Shown: piece after piece, positions 40,731 through 54,697 of the stretch
Layout: the number at the start of each line of letters is the position of its first letter
How positions within the stretch are numbered: the stretch's first letter is position 1
Origin: Octopus sinensis
Taxonomy: Eukaryota
Reading direction: 5' to 3'
Length of the DNA: 64,000 bases
Assembly (NCBI RefSeq): GCF_006345805.1
Contig: NC_043008.1
Coordinates: 64,108,001-64,172,000, forward strand
Program-made: the position numbers and the translations under genes
Notes under the pieces: generated by a model
Databases searched by the model: none
Told to the model about the DNA's origin: nothing
What the model saw: the letters and a program-made list of their open reading frames with translations, nothing else

Positions 40731-41344
40731 TGCATGAATCCAGAAGATGTACAACTTCTACTGTCATATCACGATCACAAAGGCAGTAACAATGGAATTC
40801 GTATGACCCTTTTCTTTACTTTTAATATTGAATTCTATCTCAGACACAAGATGACAAATAGTGTAAATTGGGAAGAGACAGCAGCTGATAACATCAATCC
40901 CACTACTTGGCTAATAGTTTATTGTGTCAACTCTGAAGGGATAAATGACAAACTTAGCCCTAGCAAAGTTTGAACTTATAATCTGAAGATATGTAACTAA
41001 ATACAGTATGTCAGTTTATTCATTTTTCTCTCAAGCCTATCAACCATTTGCCATGACTACCTTGTCCTTAGTTACATCATTTCTAACAAAATCTTCTCAG
41101 AGTATTTCTATAAAGATCCCTCAATCTTTTCTTTCATTCTCATTAACCATTCCTTTTTTATTTTCTTGCTTTTTTGTTTTGTTCGTTTTCACTTATGATG
41201 CATCTAGCATTGCATTAATCAATGTGTCCTGTTGCATTTTTTAAAGACAATATTGTGTGGTTTGATGGAGATTTGGCCACAAATGCAAACAGATAAAGAA
41301 CCAGCATAAAGGCTTCTCATATTAGCTTTTGTGTGTGAAAGTAT

Positions 41345-41551
41345 TACTCTATTACTTGTTTCAGTCATGTGACTGTGGCCATTCTGGAGCACTGCCTTTA
41401 ATTTAGCAACTCGACCCCGGGACTTATTCTTTTATAAGCCCAGTACTTATTCTATCGGTCTCTTTTGCCGAACCACTAAGTAACGGGGACATAAACACAT
41501 CAGCATCGGTTGTCAAGCAATGCTAGGGGGACAAACACAAACACACAAACA

Positions 41552-41611
<60 letters not shown>

Positions 41612-41779
41612 TACAACGGGCTTCTTTCAGTTTCTATCTACCAAATCCACTCACAAAGCTTTGGTCGGCCCGAGGCTATAGTAGAAGACACTTGCCCAAG
41701 GTTCCACACAGTGGGACTGAACCCGGAACCATGTGGTTCATAAACAAGCTACTTACCACACAGCCACTCCTGCGCCTAT
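41345..41779 (-). mobile_element. SINE family B
   Basis: Full-length reverse-complement copy. Confidence 0.85.
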
Positions 41780-42388
41780 GTATAAATTAGTGACAAAAAA
41801 ATTAATGGTGGAAGAAAAACCATTTTTCAGTAAATATTTTAAGAAAAGGAATTGTAATATTTTTAAGAAGTCAGCATAATACTGAAATAAATTTTGTTTG
41901 CACATATTTCTAGTGACAGCCAATTTCGATCAAGAATTTTCTGAGAATGATTTCAACATCAAAACTAGGTAAATGACACCAGTCAACATGTTCTAAAGTG
42001 ATAGAATGTCAAAGCTTTCACACATTTGTTCATATTGACCATTTTTTTCTTACTTCCAGATATATATATATATTTTGACATTTCTTGCAGGAAAGTAAAT
42101 GTACATTGAAATACAAACACATATGACATTAAGTAAATGTACAAGTAAAATAGAATTACACAAATATACGTATGCTTAGGTATATGCAAATGACAATGTT
42201 ATAACAAACTTGTGAATATTATAACAGATTTCATGAGGAGGAATCTTAAGAGGACCTTGTTAACAACATTTCAATTCTATATAGAATTCTCATTTACTTT
42301 TGAATATATTATCGTTCTTTGAGGGATTTTTATATATATTTATTCATTGTTAAGTATTTCCAAGAACCTTTTGCACCAATTTTGACAG

Positions 42389-42495
42389 ATCACAAAATCA
42401 ACAGCTGTCAGAAAGAACTTCTCCCTTTCTTCCTCTTGCATTATGATCAGATTTCAAATCAGATAAGTTTAAAGCAAGCAACAATAATCAATAGG
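42389..42495 (+). CDS. Candidate exon (HKINSCQKELLPFFLLHYDQISNQISLKQATIINR)
   Basis: Acceptor caattttgacag and strong donor AGG|gtaagg. Confidence 0.2.
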
Positions 42496-43844
42496 GTAAG
42501 GTCAGCATGACCTAGCTCATATAAATTCCAGTAATTACCATATAAAAGAATGAAATAAAAATAAAATAGAATTTCCTTTTTTATTCTCTTGCTAAGAATT
42601 TCACAAAAGCAAAAATCTTATGAAATAAATTGTTTTTGTTTTGGTAAATAAATACAAATTTTCTGGCCTTTTATTCCTTTCTCTTTGTTAGTGACCAGAT
42701 CAAAATCTAAACCTCTGAAATTTTGTTTCTTTAAGAAGAAAATGATAATTTACAAATCTCTACAAAGCATAAAAAAAACTTTAATGGATTTTTATAATCA
42801 AAATATAAGCTTTACTACAATAGCTTCCCTGTGAACTGACAGCATAGTTTAAGATAACAATACTCTTAAATAAATTGGAAAAAAAAGTCAATATCTGTTA
42901 TACATTAATAAACTGTGATTGTGTGAATAATTGTCACTTCCTTTTATTTTAATTTTACAAAATGCAAGAATTACAAATGCAAATATTCATAAAAAAAGTC
43001 AAGTTGTAGAAAAATTAAATTTTATAATCTAATTCATGTAAATATAATTCAAAAGTAATCAATGATAATAAATGGTAAATAAGTTGTAATGATGATTCAA
43101 ATCATAACATGGCAACATAGGAACCTACTATGCTTAAAGCTTTTCATTTATAGCATATATATATATTGTATATCTTAAATGTAATAAAAGAAAGCAACAT
43201 TGATAAGGTTTTATATATATTTATTCTTCATCTTCAGCAAGAAACTAAACAACTAAACTAATGAAAGAAGAAACCAGATATAAAGAAAGGGAGAAATATC
43301 TAGAACTGGATTATCATTCCAGTATTTTCTGGAATAGTCCCTGCCAAGCTGTTGTTACCTTAGAAATTTTCATCAATCCAGGAGAAAGACAGATGAGAAG
43401 AGAAGGAAGACAGAAGAGGAAGACTAAAAAAGATTTCACATTTAAATACATCTTTCGTTAAAACAACATTATTTCACCAAAATATATTTCTGTTAAATTT
43501 CTTCTTAAAACTTAATTAACAGAATCTTGTTGATTCTTAGTACAAGAAAAAGTAAATACATAACCAAGTTTAACAACTTGCTCAGGGGTTCTCAACCTTG
43601 CTCTTGTTTTGAAACAAACCTAATTATTTACTTAACTATGTAATTGCCACCCATTTTTGTTGTCACTGTTAATGAAATAATAAGCATCAGAGACAAAAAG
43701 GAAGTTTCTTAGCCATTATGTTTGTGGTATCTATTACAAGAAAATAAACTTTATTGCATGCATTATGGTTGCTGAGTCGTGCCCCAGCATAGCTATTTCT
43801 CACAGTCCAACACAAGTAACAGCAAAAGTGCTGAACCACTAAGT

Positions 43845-43936
43845 TATGGGGACATAAACACACCAGCATCAGTTGTCAAGCGATGTTGGTGGACACACAC
43901 ATGCATACATATATATATATGTGTGTGTGTGTATAA

Positions 43937-43994
<58 letters not shown>

Positions 43995-44089
43995 GTGTGT
44001 TTATACACACACACACATATATGTATATGTATGCATGTGTGTGTCCACCAACATCGCTTGACAACTGATGCTGGTGTGTTTATGTCCCC

Positions 44090-44092
<3 letters not shown>
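43845..44092. repeat. 248-bp fold-back inverted duplication inside a SINE copy
   Basis: TATGGGGACATAAACACACCAGCATCAGTTGTCAAGCGATGTTGGTGGACAC.. is mirrored almost exactly around a central (TA)n tract. Confidence 0.9.
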
Positions 44093-44123
<31 letters not shown>

Positions 44124-44124
44124 C

Positions 44125-44211
<87 letters not shown>

Positions 44212-44333
44212 GACAGGCTTCTTTCAGTTTCCGTCTACCAAATCTACCGCAAGGCTTTGGTTGGCCCAAGGCTATAGTAGAAGACACTGAACCCAGAACC
44301 ATGTGGTTGGTAAGCAAGCTACTTACCAAACAC

Positions 44334-44382
<49 letters not shown>

Positions 44383-46775
44383 CATGAGTTTACAGAGTAA
44401 TTGGTATGCCTTCACAGATCCTATAATTATGTTTGCTGAGGAGAATGAGAAATTCAAGGTATCAGTGAAGAAGGTCATTTAGAATTTTCTCTCTAACTTT
44501 ACATTCATTCAAATGTTGGTTATTATTCTGTAATTAGACGGTCAGGTCAGAGATTACATTCTTGGAGATATCTTTCACACAGTCTTGCACTTTAATACTT
44601 TAGGATAGATGCCTTTTCGAAGGAGAAGGTTAAATAATCAGATGAGGGTGGATTATCTGAAATAGCAATAGGATTCAACTGATTGCTTGTGTTGTCAAGA
44701 ATAGATGATTTATCACACCTGATGATTACATAGATAGGTGAAGAAATTTATCAGAGAAAGGCATCATTGAACAGTATTTTTCTTACTGGTAACGTTGCAG
44801 AGTTAGAATCAAAGTAAAGGGCAAAGGTTACATTAACTTTCTAATCTTAGCAGTGAGAACCCAAACTAAATGTTAGTGATATATTTATTACTATTCTCAT
44901 TTAATTAAGGCTGAATAGGAAATTAATTCTCAATAAATTTTTCTCTAAACTAAAAACAAAAACAAAAGCAAATTGGATACCTTCAAATTAAGTGAAGATT
45001 TGAGATTTTATCAAGGAATCCTGAATACTTCCAGTCTTCTCTTAAGTAGAAATATTAGGAATGTAGCTGTTGAAGTTACATTAAAAGAGTTTCCTACTGG
45101 ATTTAAAAGAATCTAAAAACCAAATACTCGATTTTTTTTCCCCCTTTTTTTTTTTTATTAAAATTAAATTGGGCCCTTGTGTTAAAAGTTGATGGAAAAG
45201 CAATACTGCTAAGAGAAATCCACACTGCTGATGTAAAGTGAAATGTAAAATTTCATACAAAACTTCTAAAAACAACCAAAATTTCATCTGGAAATAGAAG
45301 AAAAATATCTTCTGCATCAATAATAGAAATATATACAGCTTCCAGCAGGAAAACGTTTGGGAAAATAATGATTTGAAGTCTAAAGTAAAAGTTGAACCAC
45401 TTTAATTAATAAGGAAGCAGGAATGCCAGTATTGGCAGGTATAATATGCTGCCTATGTTTTTACCTGCCCTCAAGTATTGAAATGATATGAGAGAAAAAC
45501 CAAATAGTTCTGTAGCAAATAAGAGATAAGAGAAATAATGTTTTTATTTCCTGATTTTGTAATTCCATAACTTTTCTTTGTTTTGTTCTGTGTTTAGAAA
45601 GAAAATAGCTAAATGTTCTTTATCGCCATTCCATGCTATTATTATAGAGTACATTTGGTTAAAAAAAATCCATCAAATTGGAATGCAAGAAATTTTTCTC
45701 TTTTTTTATTTTTTAAAATCTTTTTTGGCTAATCAGATATAGCTGTCTACATGACTATCATGCTTATATATATTAAATGGTTAACAATATTTTTCATTAT
45801 GACTATTTTAAATGTAATATTTGGTATTTTGTCTGAATTTCTGAGATATGGCATTATTGCAATACCTTGCGTCGCCTTACTAGCACTTGTGCTGGTGGCA
45901 CATGAAAAAACATTTGAGCGAGGTCATTGCCAGTGCCGCTGGACTGGCTCCTGTGCAGGTGGCACATAAAAAGCACCTTTTGAGTGTGGCCGTTGCCAGT
46001 ACCACCTGACTGGCCCTCGTGCCGGTGGCATGTAAAAGCACCCACTACACTCTCGGAGTGGTTGGCGTTAGGAATGGCATCCAGCTGTAGAAACTCTGCC
46101 AGATTAGATTGGAGTCTGGTGCAGCCATCTGGTTCGCCAGATCTCAGTCAAATCGTCCAACCCATGCTAGCATGGAAAGCGCACGTTAAACGATGATGAT
46201 GATGATGATGAGTGATATGAAGACAGTGGCTTGGCAGTATCATTAGAGCCTTTGACGACATTCCTGTGGCTCTTTATGATCGGAGTTCAAATCTCACTGA
46301 GATCAACATTGCTTACATCCCTTAGAGTCAATAAGACAATTTACCAGTTAAGCAGTAAATTAATGCAATCGGCTAACCCTGTTATCCCAAACTCCAGCCC
46401 TTGTGTCTATATCAGAATGAATTATTGAGAGTCATAGATAAATAGATTCATGAGAAAATTGGACATCGTTCACTCTTCCCATACACACTTGTAGCTTCAA
46501 CCCACCCTTAATCCCTGCTCTGTCCCTACCCATCTCTGACTTTGTACCTTCACGGTCCAGCCTAACACTCCAGCATTTTCTATTTTATCTATCTCTTTTT
46601 CCAGCTCCAGCATGGTTACTCATGTCCGGTTTTCTATAATATGAGTAACTTCTTTACAGCAAGACACATGCCTTGTTCTTTCATACTTTACCCTTCCATT
46701 TCCTAGCATAAAGCCATCTTCCTCTTTTGCATCCCTATCCATTCAAAAGGATCTTGTGCTTATACTCTCTTTTTA

Positions 46776-47174
46776 TTCTTTTACTTGTTTCAGCCATTTG
46801 ACTGTGGCCATGCTGGAGTACCACCTTTAGTTGAGCAAATCGACCCCAGGCCTTATTCTTTGTAAGCCTAGTACTTATTCTATCGGTCTCTTTTGCCAAA
46901 CTGCTAAGTTACAGGGACGTAAACACACCAGCATCGGTTGTCAAGTGATTTTGGGAGGACAAATTCAGACACACAAACATATACACACACATACAAATAT
47001 ATACATATATATATATACTACAGGCTTCTTTCAGTTTCCGTCTACCAAATCCACTCACAAGACTTTGGTCGGCCTGAGGCTTTAGTAGAAGACACTTGCC
47101 CAAGGTTCCACACAGCGGGACTGAACCCAGAACCATGTAGTTCGTAACCAAGCTACTTACCACATAGCCACTCC
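46776..47174 (-). mobile_element. SINE family B
   Basis: Full-length reverse-complement copy. Confidence 0.8.
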
Positions 47175-48089
47175 CAATAAAATCACAACACTACCCAGTT
47201 CAGAAATTGAACAATATGATCATGTGACTAACACACTAACCACTAGACCAAGCCTTTCTGCCATAGGCACAAGGCTTGATGCTTTGGAGGAAGGTAGTTA
47301 GTTGATTACATCACACCCAGTGCTCAGTCAGTACTTATTTTATTGATACCAGGAAAGGTGAGAAGCAAAGTTGAACTCAGCACGTACATCATCATCAAAA
47401 AATCAAATGGAAATTGTAGTTGTGATACCTGTGCCGGTGGCATGTAAAAAGCACCATCCGAATGTGGCCAATGCCAGCGCTGCCTTGATTGGCTTCTGTG
47501 CTGGTGGCACGTAAAAAGCACCAACTGATTGTGGCTGTTGCCAGCCTCGCCTGGCACGTAAAAAGCACCCACTATACTCATGGAGTGATTGGTGTTGGAA
47601 AGGGCATCCAGCTGTAGAAACACTGCCAGATCTGACTGGAGCTTGGTGCAGCCTCCTGGCTTCCCAGACCCCAGTCAAACCATCCAACTCATGCTAGCAT
47701 GGAAAGCGGATGTTAAACAATGATAATGATGAGGAGGAGGATGATGATGATGATGAACATCAAGCTGACAGAAATGCCACTAAGCATTTTGTCCAGCTCA
47801 CCAACTCACCACCTTATTGCTTAGAAATAATGAAGGGTTATATAAGTAACCCGTTTCAAACTTAAAATAGTTCTTCCAGAAAGTAGCTGCAAATTAATTA
47901 GATATATTACAGATCTTCTTTTACTGTTCATAAGATTAATACCACTGTTGTGTTGTTGGTCTCACTAGAGTGGCTACAATATATATATCCTATAGTACTT
48001 ATACAACTTTCAACTGTAAAGTCATAAATTCATATTGGATTAAGCTATTTTTGAAAGTCAGGATAATTCTTTTAGCTTTATTAAAGGAT

Positions 48090-48300
48090 GATGGACAAAC
48101 AATCCATATATCAATTGTATGGAAATATAAGAAGGAAATTGAATTTTTAGAAATGACATTTGACTTGAAGTGGACAAGGACACATATTCTCATTGGTCTC
48201 TTAAGTAATTACAAGATGAACTCTATAACAATATTCATTAAGCTTTGTACAAATACGAAAAGAAAAATTATCGAAACGCATTGTCTGACGTGTATTTGTA
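48090..48300 (+). pseudogene. Possible Penelope-like RT remnant followed by an HHR relic
   Basis: ISIVWKYKKEIEFLEMTFDLK resembles the PLE RT motif I.F..E....I.FLD.T. CGAAACGCATTGTC lies ~150 bp downstream. Confidence 0.3.
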
Positions 48301-48656
48301 GAACCTTGTATATTAAGAAAATTCAAATGCTGAGAAATCTGTCAATAATAGCCAACGGTAAAAATAATAACTCTGGCATCGTGTAGGTTGCACTAATCTT
48401 GCTAGGCTCTAAATATAGTAAAAATTATGACTGGGCAGTTGTAATTGATTGAAACAATCAGTAGAAAGTAAAGAAAGATTTTAGTTGGATTTAGAAAACA
48501 TGTTGAAAGTGAAATAAATTACTTATAGGCATTGTCGTGTAGGTAAAATCTTTGCTTTCTAACCACATGGATTCAGGTTCAAATACACAGCACTCCATCT
48601 TTCAAATGTTAACTAATGTCTGTGAGTGAAATTTAGAAGACATAAAATGTGCATAT

Positions 48657-48704
<48 letters not shown>

Positions 48705-49923
48705 CAAAACACATACACATATACACACATATATAAGGCAGTAATCTGGCAGAATTGTTAGCATGCTGAACAAAAGCCAGCAGGGCTCACTCTGAGTACT
48801 CAAATTTTTTCACAGTGAACATATTGGCTGCCTTGGACACTTGGCAAAGGGCACCTTCAGAGGAACTGTGTGGGCCGAAATGACCAGGAGGTGGACGTGC
48901 TACCGCAACACGAATGGTGATGCCCAATGACATTATGTCCAGCATTTTGTCTGTCTTTACATCCTGAGTTCAAATTTCACTGAGCTCAACTTTGCTTTTC
49001 ATTCTTCTGAGGTCAATAAAATAAATGGCAGTCAAGCACTGGGGTTGATGTAATATACTAGCCCCTTCACACAGTCTTTGTGCCTCTAGTAGAAACAATA
49101 TATACATATACAGATACATACATTTACATACAAATATACACACATACTCATGTGTGTAGCCTTGCACTTAAATGACTAAATGATAAACATCATTATTATA
49201 AATAATAGTCACAGATGTTGTTGTTTAACCCTAAATTAGTCCATTCCAGGTGTGAATATATATTTTCCCTAGCTATAATGCATTCAGGCTCATATTATCT
49301 AGTGTAGAGCAAATAGCATTGCTTGTGTATAAAGTTTGAATGTTTAAATTCAAAAAGCAAAACCATTGGTGAACACTGACAGGAGTTATTTTGACAATAT
49401 CTCTGAGCTTTATCATAACACCTTTTGGCATTTATCTTTGGTATCAGTTTTTGATAAGCAATGACAGACAAATACATATGTGCAATTTTCATGTCTAGTG
49501 GTCGCATGGAAAGTTCTAGAATCTTTTGGCAGGTACATAAAATAAAATCCCTGGAGTTCAGCTGTGAGGGGGGATTTTTCATATCGAGGCCAGAAGCCAT
49601 GTATTTTTGGACTCATATTAAATAATAATTTTCATCCCTTAGCTTCCTCTTTGTGTGGATATGGCATAAGTCATCAGTACACTGGACAGTCACCAAAGGC
49701 CTCATGGATAAAGGAGCAATGATTTTGATCTAAGTACATTTTGGTGTACTGTCAATAAAAAATCCTATAGGGCTCAGTGCATTTTTTACCTGTGTGCCAA
49801 TAAAGTTGTTAAAACGGTCCTGTCTCTGAGAGGTTATTTCTGAAGCAATCAGATGCTATGTCCTAAAATTACATGTATTTCAGCTTTTGATAGTTCCTTT
49901 ATTTCTTCCTCCACACACATATA

Positions 49924-50160
49924 TGGGGTGGCCCTGAAGTAGGTTTACAGTTGTCATGTAGGCCCTTTAAATTTCTTTTAAAATATTTTATTACATTTAA
50001 ATTTCTATCTTACAAACTGAAAAGGGAGCATGAGAAAATTAACTAAATTAGCATAGAATAATGGTTTCATACTTTTTTTATAATTAAGATCTAAACTGTT
50101 GATATACGAATGCAAAAAAGATAGTTGAATAACTGTAAACCTACATTTTGGGCCACCCTG
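49924..50160. mobile_element. Tc1/mariner-type MITE
   Basis: TA dinucleotide on both flanks. ~30-bp TIRs: TGGGGTGGCCCTGAAGTAGGTTTACAGTT vs reverse complement CAGGGTGGCCCAAAATGTAGGTTTACAGTT. Confidence 0.7.
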
Positions 50161-50174
50161 TATATCAAATTGTA

Positions 50175-50382
50175 TTTATTCTTATACTTGCTTCAGTCAT
50201 CAGACTGCAACCATGCTGGGGCACCGCCTTGAAGAATTCTAGACAAATGAATCGACCCTGGTGCTCATTTTTTTAAAGCCTGGTTCTTATTCCATTGATT
50301 TCTTTTTCATAACCTGCTAAGAGGATATAAACACACCAACACTGGTTGTCAAGCGGTTGGGGAGGACAAAGACAGGCACAAA

Positions 50383-50427
<45 letters not shown>

Positions 50428-50620
50428 GTATATACATACATACTTATATATATATATATGCAACGGGCTTCTTTCAGTTTCCGTATACCAAATCCATTCA
50501 CAAAACTTTGGTCGGCCTGGGGAGGCCATAGTAAAAGACACTCTCTCAAGGTGCCACACAGTGGAACTGAAACTGGAACCATATGGTTGGAAGCAAAGTT
50601 CTTATCACAGAGCCACGCCT
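50175..50620 (-). mobile_element. SINE family B (older copy)
   Basis: Reverse-complement copy, head-to-head with 50821-51172. Confidence 0.75.
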
Positions 50621-50820
50621 GTGTTGACGTATACTGAAAATGTTTGTTATCAATAAGCATTTTCGAAAATACCTCTTTCAGTTATTAATTATTCATTATG
50701 TTAAACATAACACTTATGTCCTTTATTTAACACAGATACAATATACTTTGAAGGTGATTTTGCTGCTATGTTTAATACTTAGAATGGTTACGTAGAAAAG
50801 GAGTGAGAAACCTGTCTAGT

Positions 50821-51172
50821 ATAGGCGTAGGTGTAGCTTGCTTACCAACCACATGGTTCCCGGTTCAGTCCCACTGCGTGGCACCTTGGGCAAGTGTCTT
50901 CTCGGGCCTACTAAATCCTTGTGAGTGGATTTGGTAGACGGAAACTGAAAGAAGCCCGTCGTATATATGTGTGTGTGTGTTTGTGTTTGTCCCCCTCCCC
51001 CAATATCACTTGACAACCGATGCTTGGGGTTCGGCAAAAAAGACCGATAGAATAAGTACAAGGCTTACAAATAATAAGTCCTGGAGTCGATTTGCTCGAC
51101 TAAAGGCGGTGCTCCAGCATGGCCGCAGTCAAATGACTGAAACAAGTAAAAGAGTAAAAAAGAGTAAAAGAG
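50821..51172 (+). mobile_element. SINE family B
   Basis: Colinear with 53800-54195, with small deletions. Confidence 0.8.
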
Positions 51173-51983
51173 TACCAGGAGTGAATTGTAAATATATAAG
51201 AAACTGTTAGAAGAACATCTCTGTTGAGTAAGATAATGAGGAATCGTTGATTTTAATTAGTAGACAAATTGTTGTTATGGTCTAAACAGTTCCCCGGTGA
51301 GTAGTTGGACCCTCCACCCTGGGGTAAGGGTTTCAACGTTATTCTGGTGTCCTAGCGTACTGCAGATCATAGGAGCCAATTGAGCTTGAAGCTAGTGATG
51401 CCTAAACAGTTAAGTGCGTAAGAGTTCTCAACTTCTAGTGCAAAGACTTCTTCGTGGGGAACCAATCAAGCCAAAAGTTTAAGATTTCTAAAATAGTCCA
51501 GTGGATGAGAGCCAGCTTCCATTAATTAGTCTAAAGGCTTCCTCGTGGGACGCAAGTCTTAGCTCACTGTAAAAGGTAGGAATCGTTCTTGCAAGAAGTA
51601 TATGATTTCTAAATAGTCTTCATTAAATTCTCATGACGTTAGCTTGCGTCTATTGTTGCTTTTTACATAAGCACAGCAATAGCGACACATATCTTTCATG
51701 CGGAATTAATTAATACAAGGCTGTATGTAGGCTTCATTTATTAGCTTTGACAAATTAACATTTGTGACCTTTTCAGAAAGACAAAATCTTAGTATGTACA
51801 TATATATATGTATATATCATTATTGATAACGTTTGTAAGCTTACTGAAAAAAAAATACTTACAAAATATATACAAATGAGATAAGAACAGAAAGAAAAAC
51901 AGTAAGCAATGAAATAATTAGTAGATTAGATTTCAGGTGAATGCGTTCATTCATAATTGTTGTGGAAGAAAATAATACTCACA

Positions 51984-52031
<48 letters not shown>

Positions 52032-52275
52032 CACACACACACACGCACAAACACACACACATACATACTTACATACAAACATACCTATACACATACATGC
52101 ATACATACATATATATGTGTGTGTGTGTATATATATATATATATACATGCACACATATATATATATATATAAACACAAATATATACATGCATATTTATAT
52201 ATACGTATATATGTGTACCTACATATATGTGTATATGTTGATATGTTCACATACGCACACACATACATAAATATA

Positions 52276-52378
<103 letters not shown>

Positions 52379-53799
52379 CGCATACGCCGATTGATCAAAG
52401 GGTGTGCGACGTGACAAGTTACCTTTTTTCATTCTCCTACAGTAATTTTTACTCTTTTCAACAGATCTCTATTTCTCATATTTCTTCTAACCAGATGGCC
52501 ACTTAAGACACGATGCTTATGCATGTCTGTGATCTTGATAAAGAGAGAAAAGAAATAAACAAATAAAATGAAAACATGGTTTTATATCAGTTCGCCTTTG
52601 ATACGGTTAATTATGCATAGTAGAATAGGCACTTTAACAAATATACATATAGGTGCTTCGCTGTATCAGTTAAATAAGCTGATACTTAAGCTTTACGCCT
52701 CTTTCCCCTCACATACATACGCATAAATGTATGAACGTATATGTATGTATTTATGTAAGTATATTTATGCTGCTTTATCAAAAGTTGTGGGGAGTATAAA
52801 GGATTCTAAGATTAACAAATGCCCCCGCATATACACGCACCGCTGCTTTTGTTACATACTCGAGCTAAATGACTAATTATATGGAGAGATAAGGTTGGTG
52901 AATATAAGCAAATATATGAGAATACAAAATGAGTGCACTGACAAAGAGAATTAGATGTTGATTAGTTATATTACGTCAACTTGTTAAACCAGTGATATTT
53001 ATATTTTCCATCTATAAATGTTTCTTCTGTTGATATATATACAGCAGGCATTTATAGAAGTTGAAAACGGAATGATCCGTTTATGATCCAAAACATCGGT
53101 ATGAAGATAATTTAGTTTAGGAGAAAGTGCTTTCATTTATAGACTGTTACTTATTTATTCACGGATGGAGTAATCCTAATGAGACGGAACAGTAAAGGCG
53201 AGGTAACAGGCAAATGGAATTTATTAACATGAAAGCTGTAGCGAGAGAGCTTTGGTCGATTCTACCGGTTTTTATAACAGACACAGAAAGATGGAACGGT
53301 TGATAGCTTATAATCAGTCAGCAACAACAAAATTTTATAGCATCTAAACAACCGGATTGTTTTACGCGCTGCTTTGTCAGCATTTATTATCTCTGGCAGC
53401 GATTAAGCTCTGGGAGATAAAATTAAAAAAAAAAAAGATATCCAAGTATATGAATAAGGATTACAGCTCAATTTTCAGCTCATTGATACACAAAAAGAAA
53501 ACCAAGACCTATTAATGCTCCGCACATACGCACGCACACAGAATTGCAGTCATGTACGCACACGAAGGCACACACTCACGTACACGCGTTATAGTTTATT
53601 TCTAGCTTTATCATTCACCAGCTTCTCTTCCCCGCATATTACGATACACTAACAAGATGAGTTGCTATCCCATTAACCTACAATTTACTGTTGTTCGTTA
53701 GATTAATCCGTTGACTTTTATTGATTCAATCAACATAACTAGAATGAAAGATTTCAATATCAACGCCAACAAATATCAGAAGTCTTCATATGGAAATTC

Positions 53800-54195
53800 G
53801 GCTGTGTGGTAAGTAGCTTGCTTACCAACCACATGGTTCCGGGTTCAGTCCCACTGCGTGGCACCTTGGGCAAGTGTCTTCTACTATAGCCTCGGGCCGA
53901 CCAAAGCCTTGTGAGTGGATTTGGTAGACGGAAACTGAAAGAAGCCCGTCGTATATATGTATGTATATATATATGTGCGTGTGTGTTTGTGTATCTGTGT
54001 TTGTCCCCTTAGCATTGCTTGACAACCGATGCTGGTGTGTTTACGTCCCCGTTACTTAGCGGTTCGGCAAAAGAGACCGATAGAATAAGTACTAGGCTTA
54101 CAAAAGAATAAGTCCCGGGGTCGAGTTGCTCGATTAAAGGCGGTGCTCCAGCATGGCCGCAGTCAAATGACTGAAACAAGTAAAAGAGTAAAAGA
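53800..54195 (+). mobile_element. tRNA-derived SINE family B (young copy)
   Basis: GGCTGTGTGGTAAG A-box-like and GGGTTCAGTCCC B-box-like motifs, an internal (TA)/(TG) spacer, and a 3' domain ending GAAACAAGTAAAAGAG. Confidence 0.85.
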
Positions 54196-54284
54196 GAGAG
54201 AGAGAGTCTTAGTCTTATACAAACACAGTTCAAAACCCGGCCGCCCCAATAAGGAAGCGAAATTGGTGACCCAGTTCCTTAGAT

Positions 54285-54593
54285 CAGGAGTCGGAAAACT
54301 TTTTTAACCAATTATCCCAAAATATATTTATTTACACCGACGTCACCCCCTTGATTTGAAAGAAAGGAAATCATCGATTTTTTTTTAATTCAAAAGGTTT
54401 GTTGATTCTATTTATATGAATCTATTTACGCGTCCATTACATTGGACAGATGCAGTGTTGCCAGGAGAAAAAATTCCATCATACCAAGGAACACGTTTTT
54501 TTTATTTTACTTATGTCTAAGGAGTCCTCACTACCCTCAAGAATTTCATTTTTACCCCACTTGGAGTAACTTACCCCGGTTCACCGATTCCTT
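54285..54593. mobile_element. hAT-type MITE (309 bp)
   Basis: TSD CCTTAGAT/CCTTAGAC (7 of 8 match). Imperfect TIR CAGGAGTCGG vs reverse complement AAGGAATCGG. Confidence 0.6.
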
Positions 54594-54697
54594 CCTTAGA
54601 CATTAGAGTACTATCGACAACATTAAAGACACATACATAAAGTAATGATCTTTCTTGTATGGCTGACACACACCACATTATTGGATTCTCGACGAAT

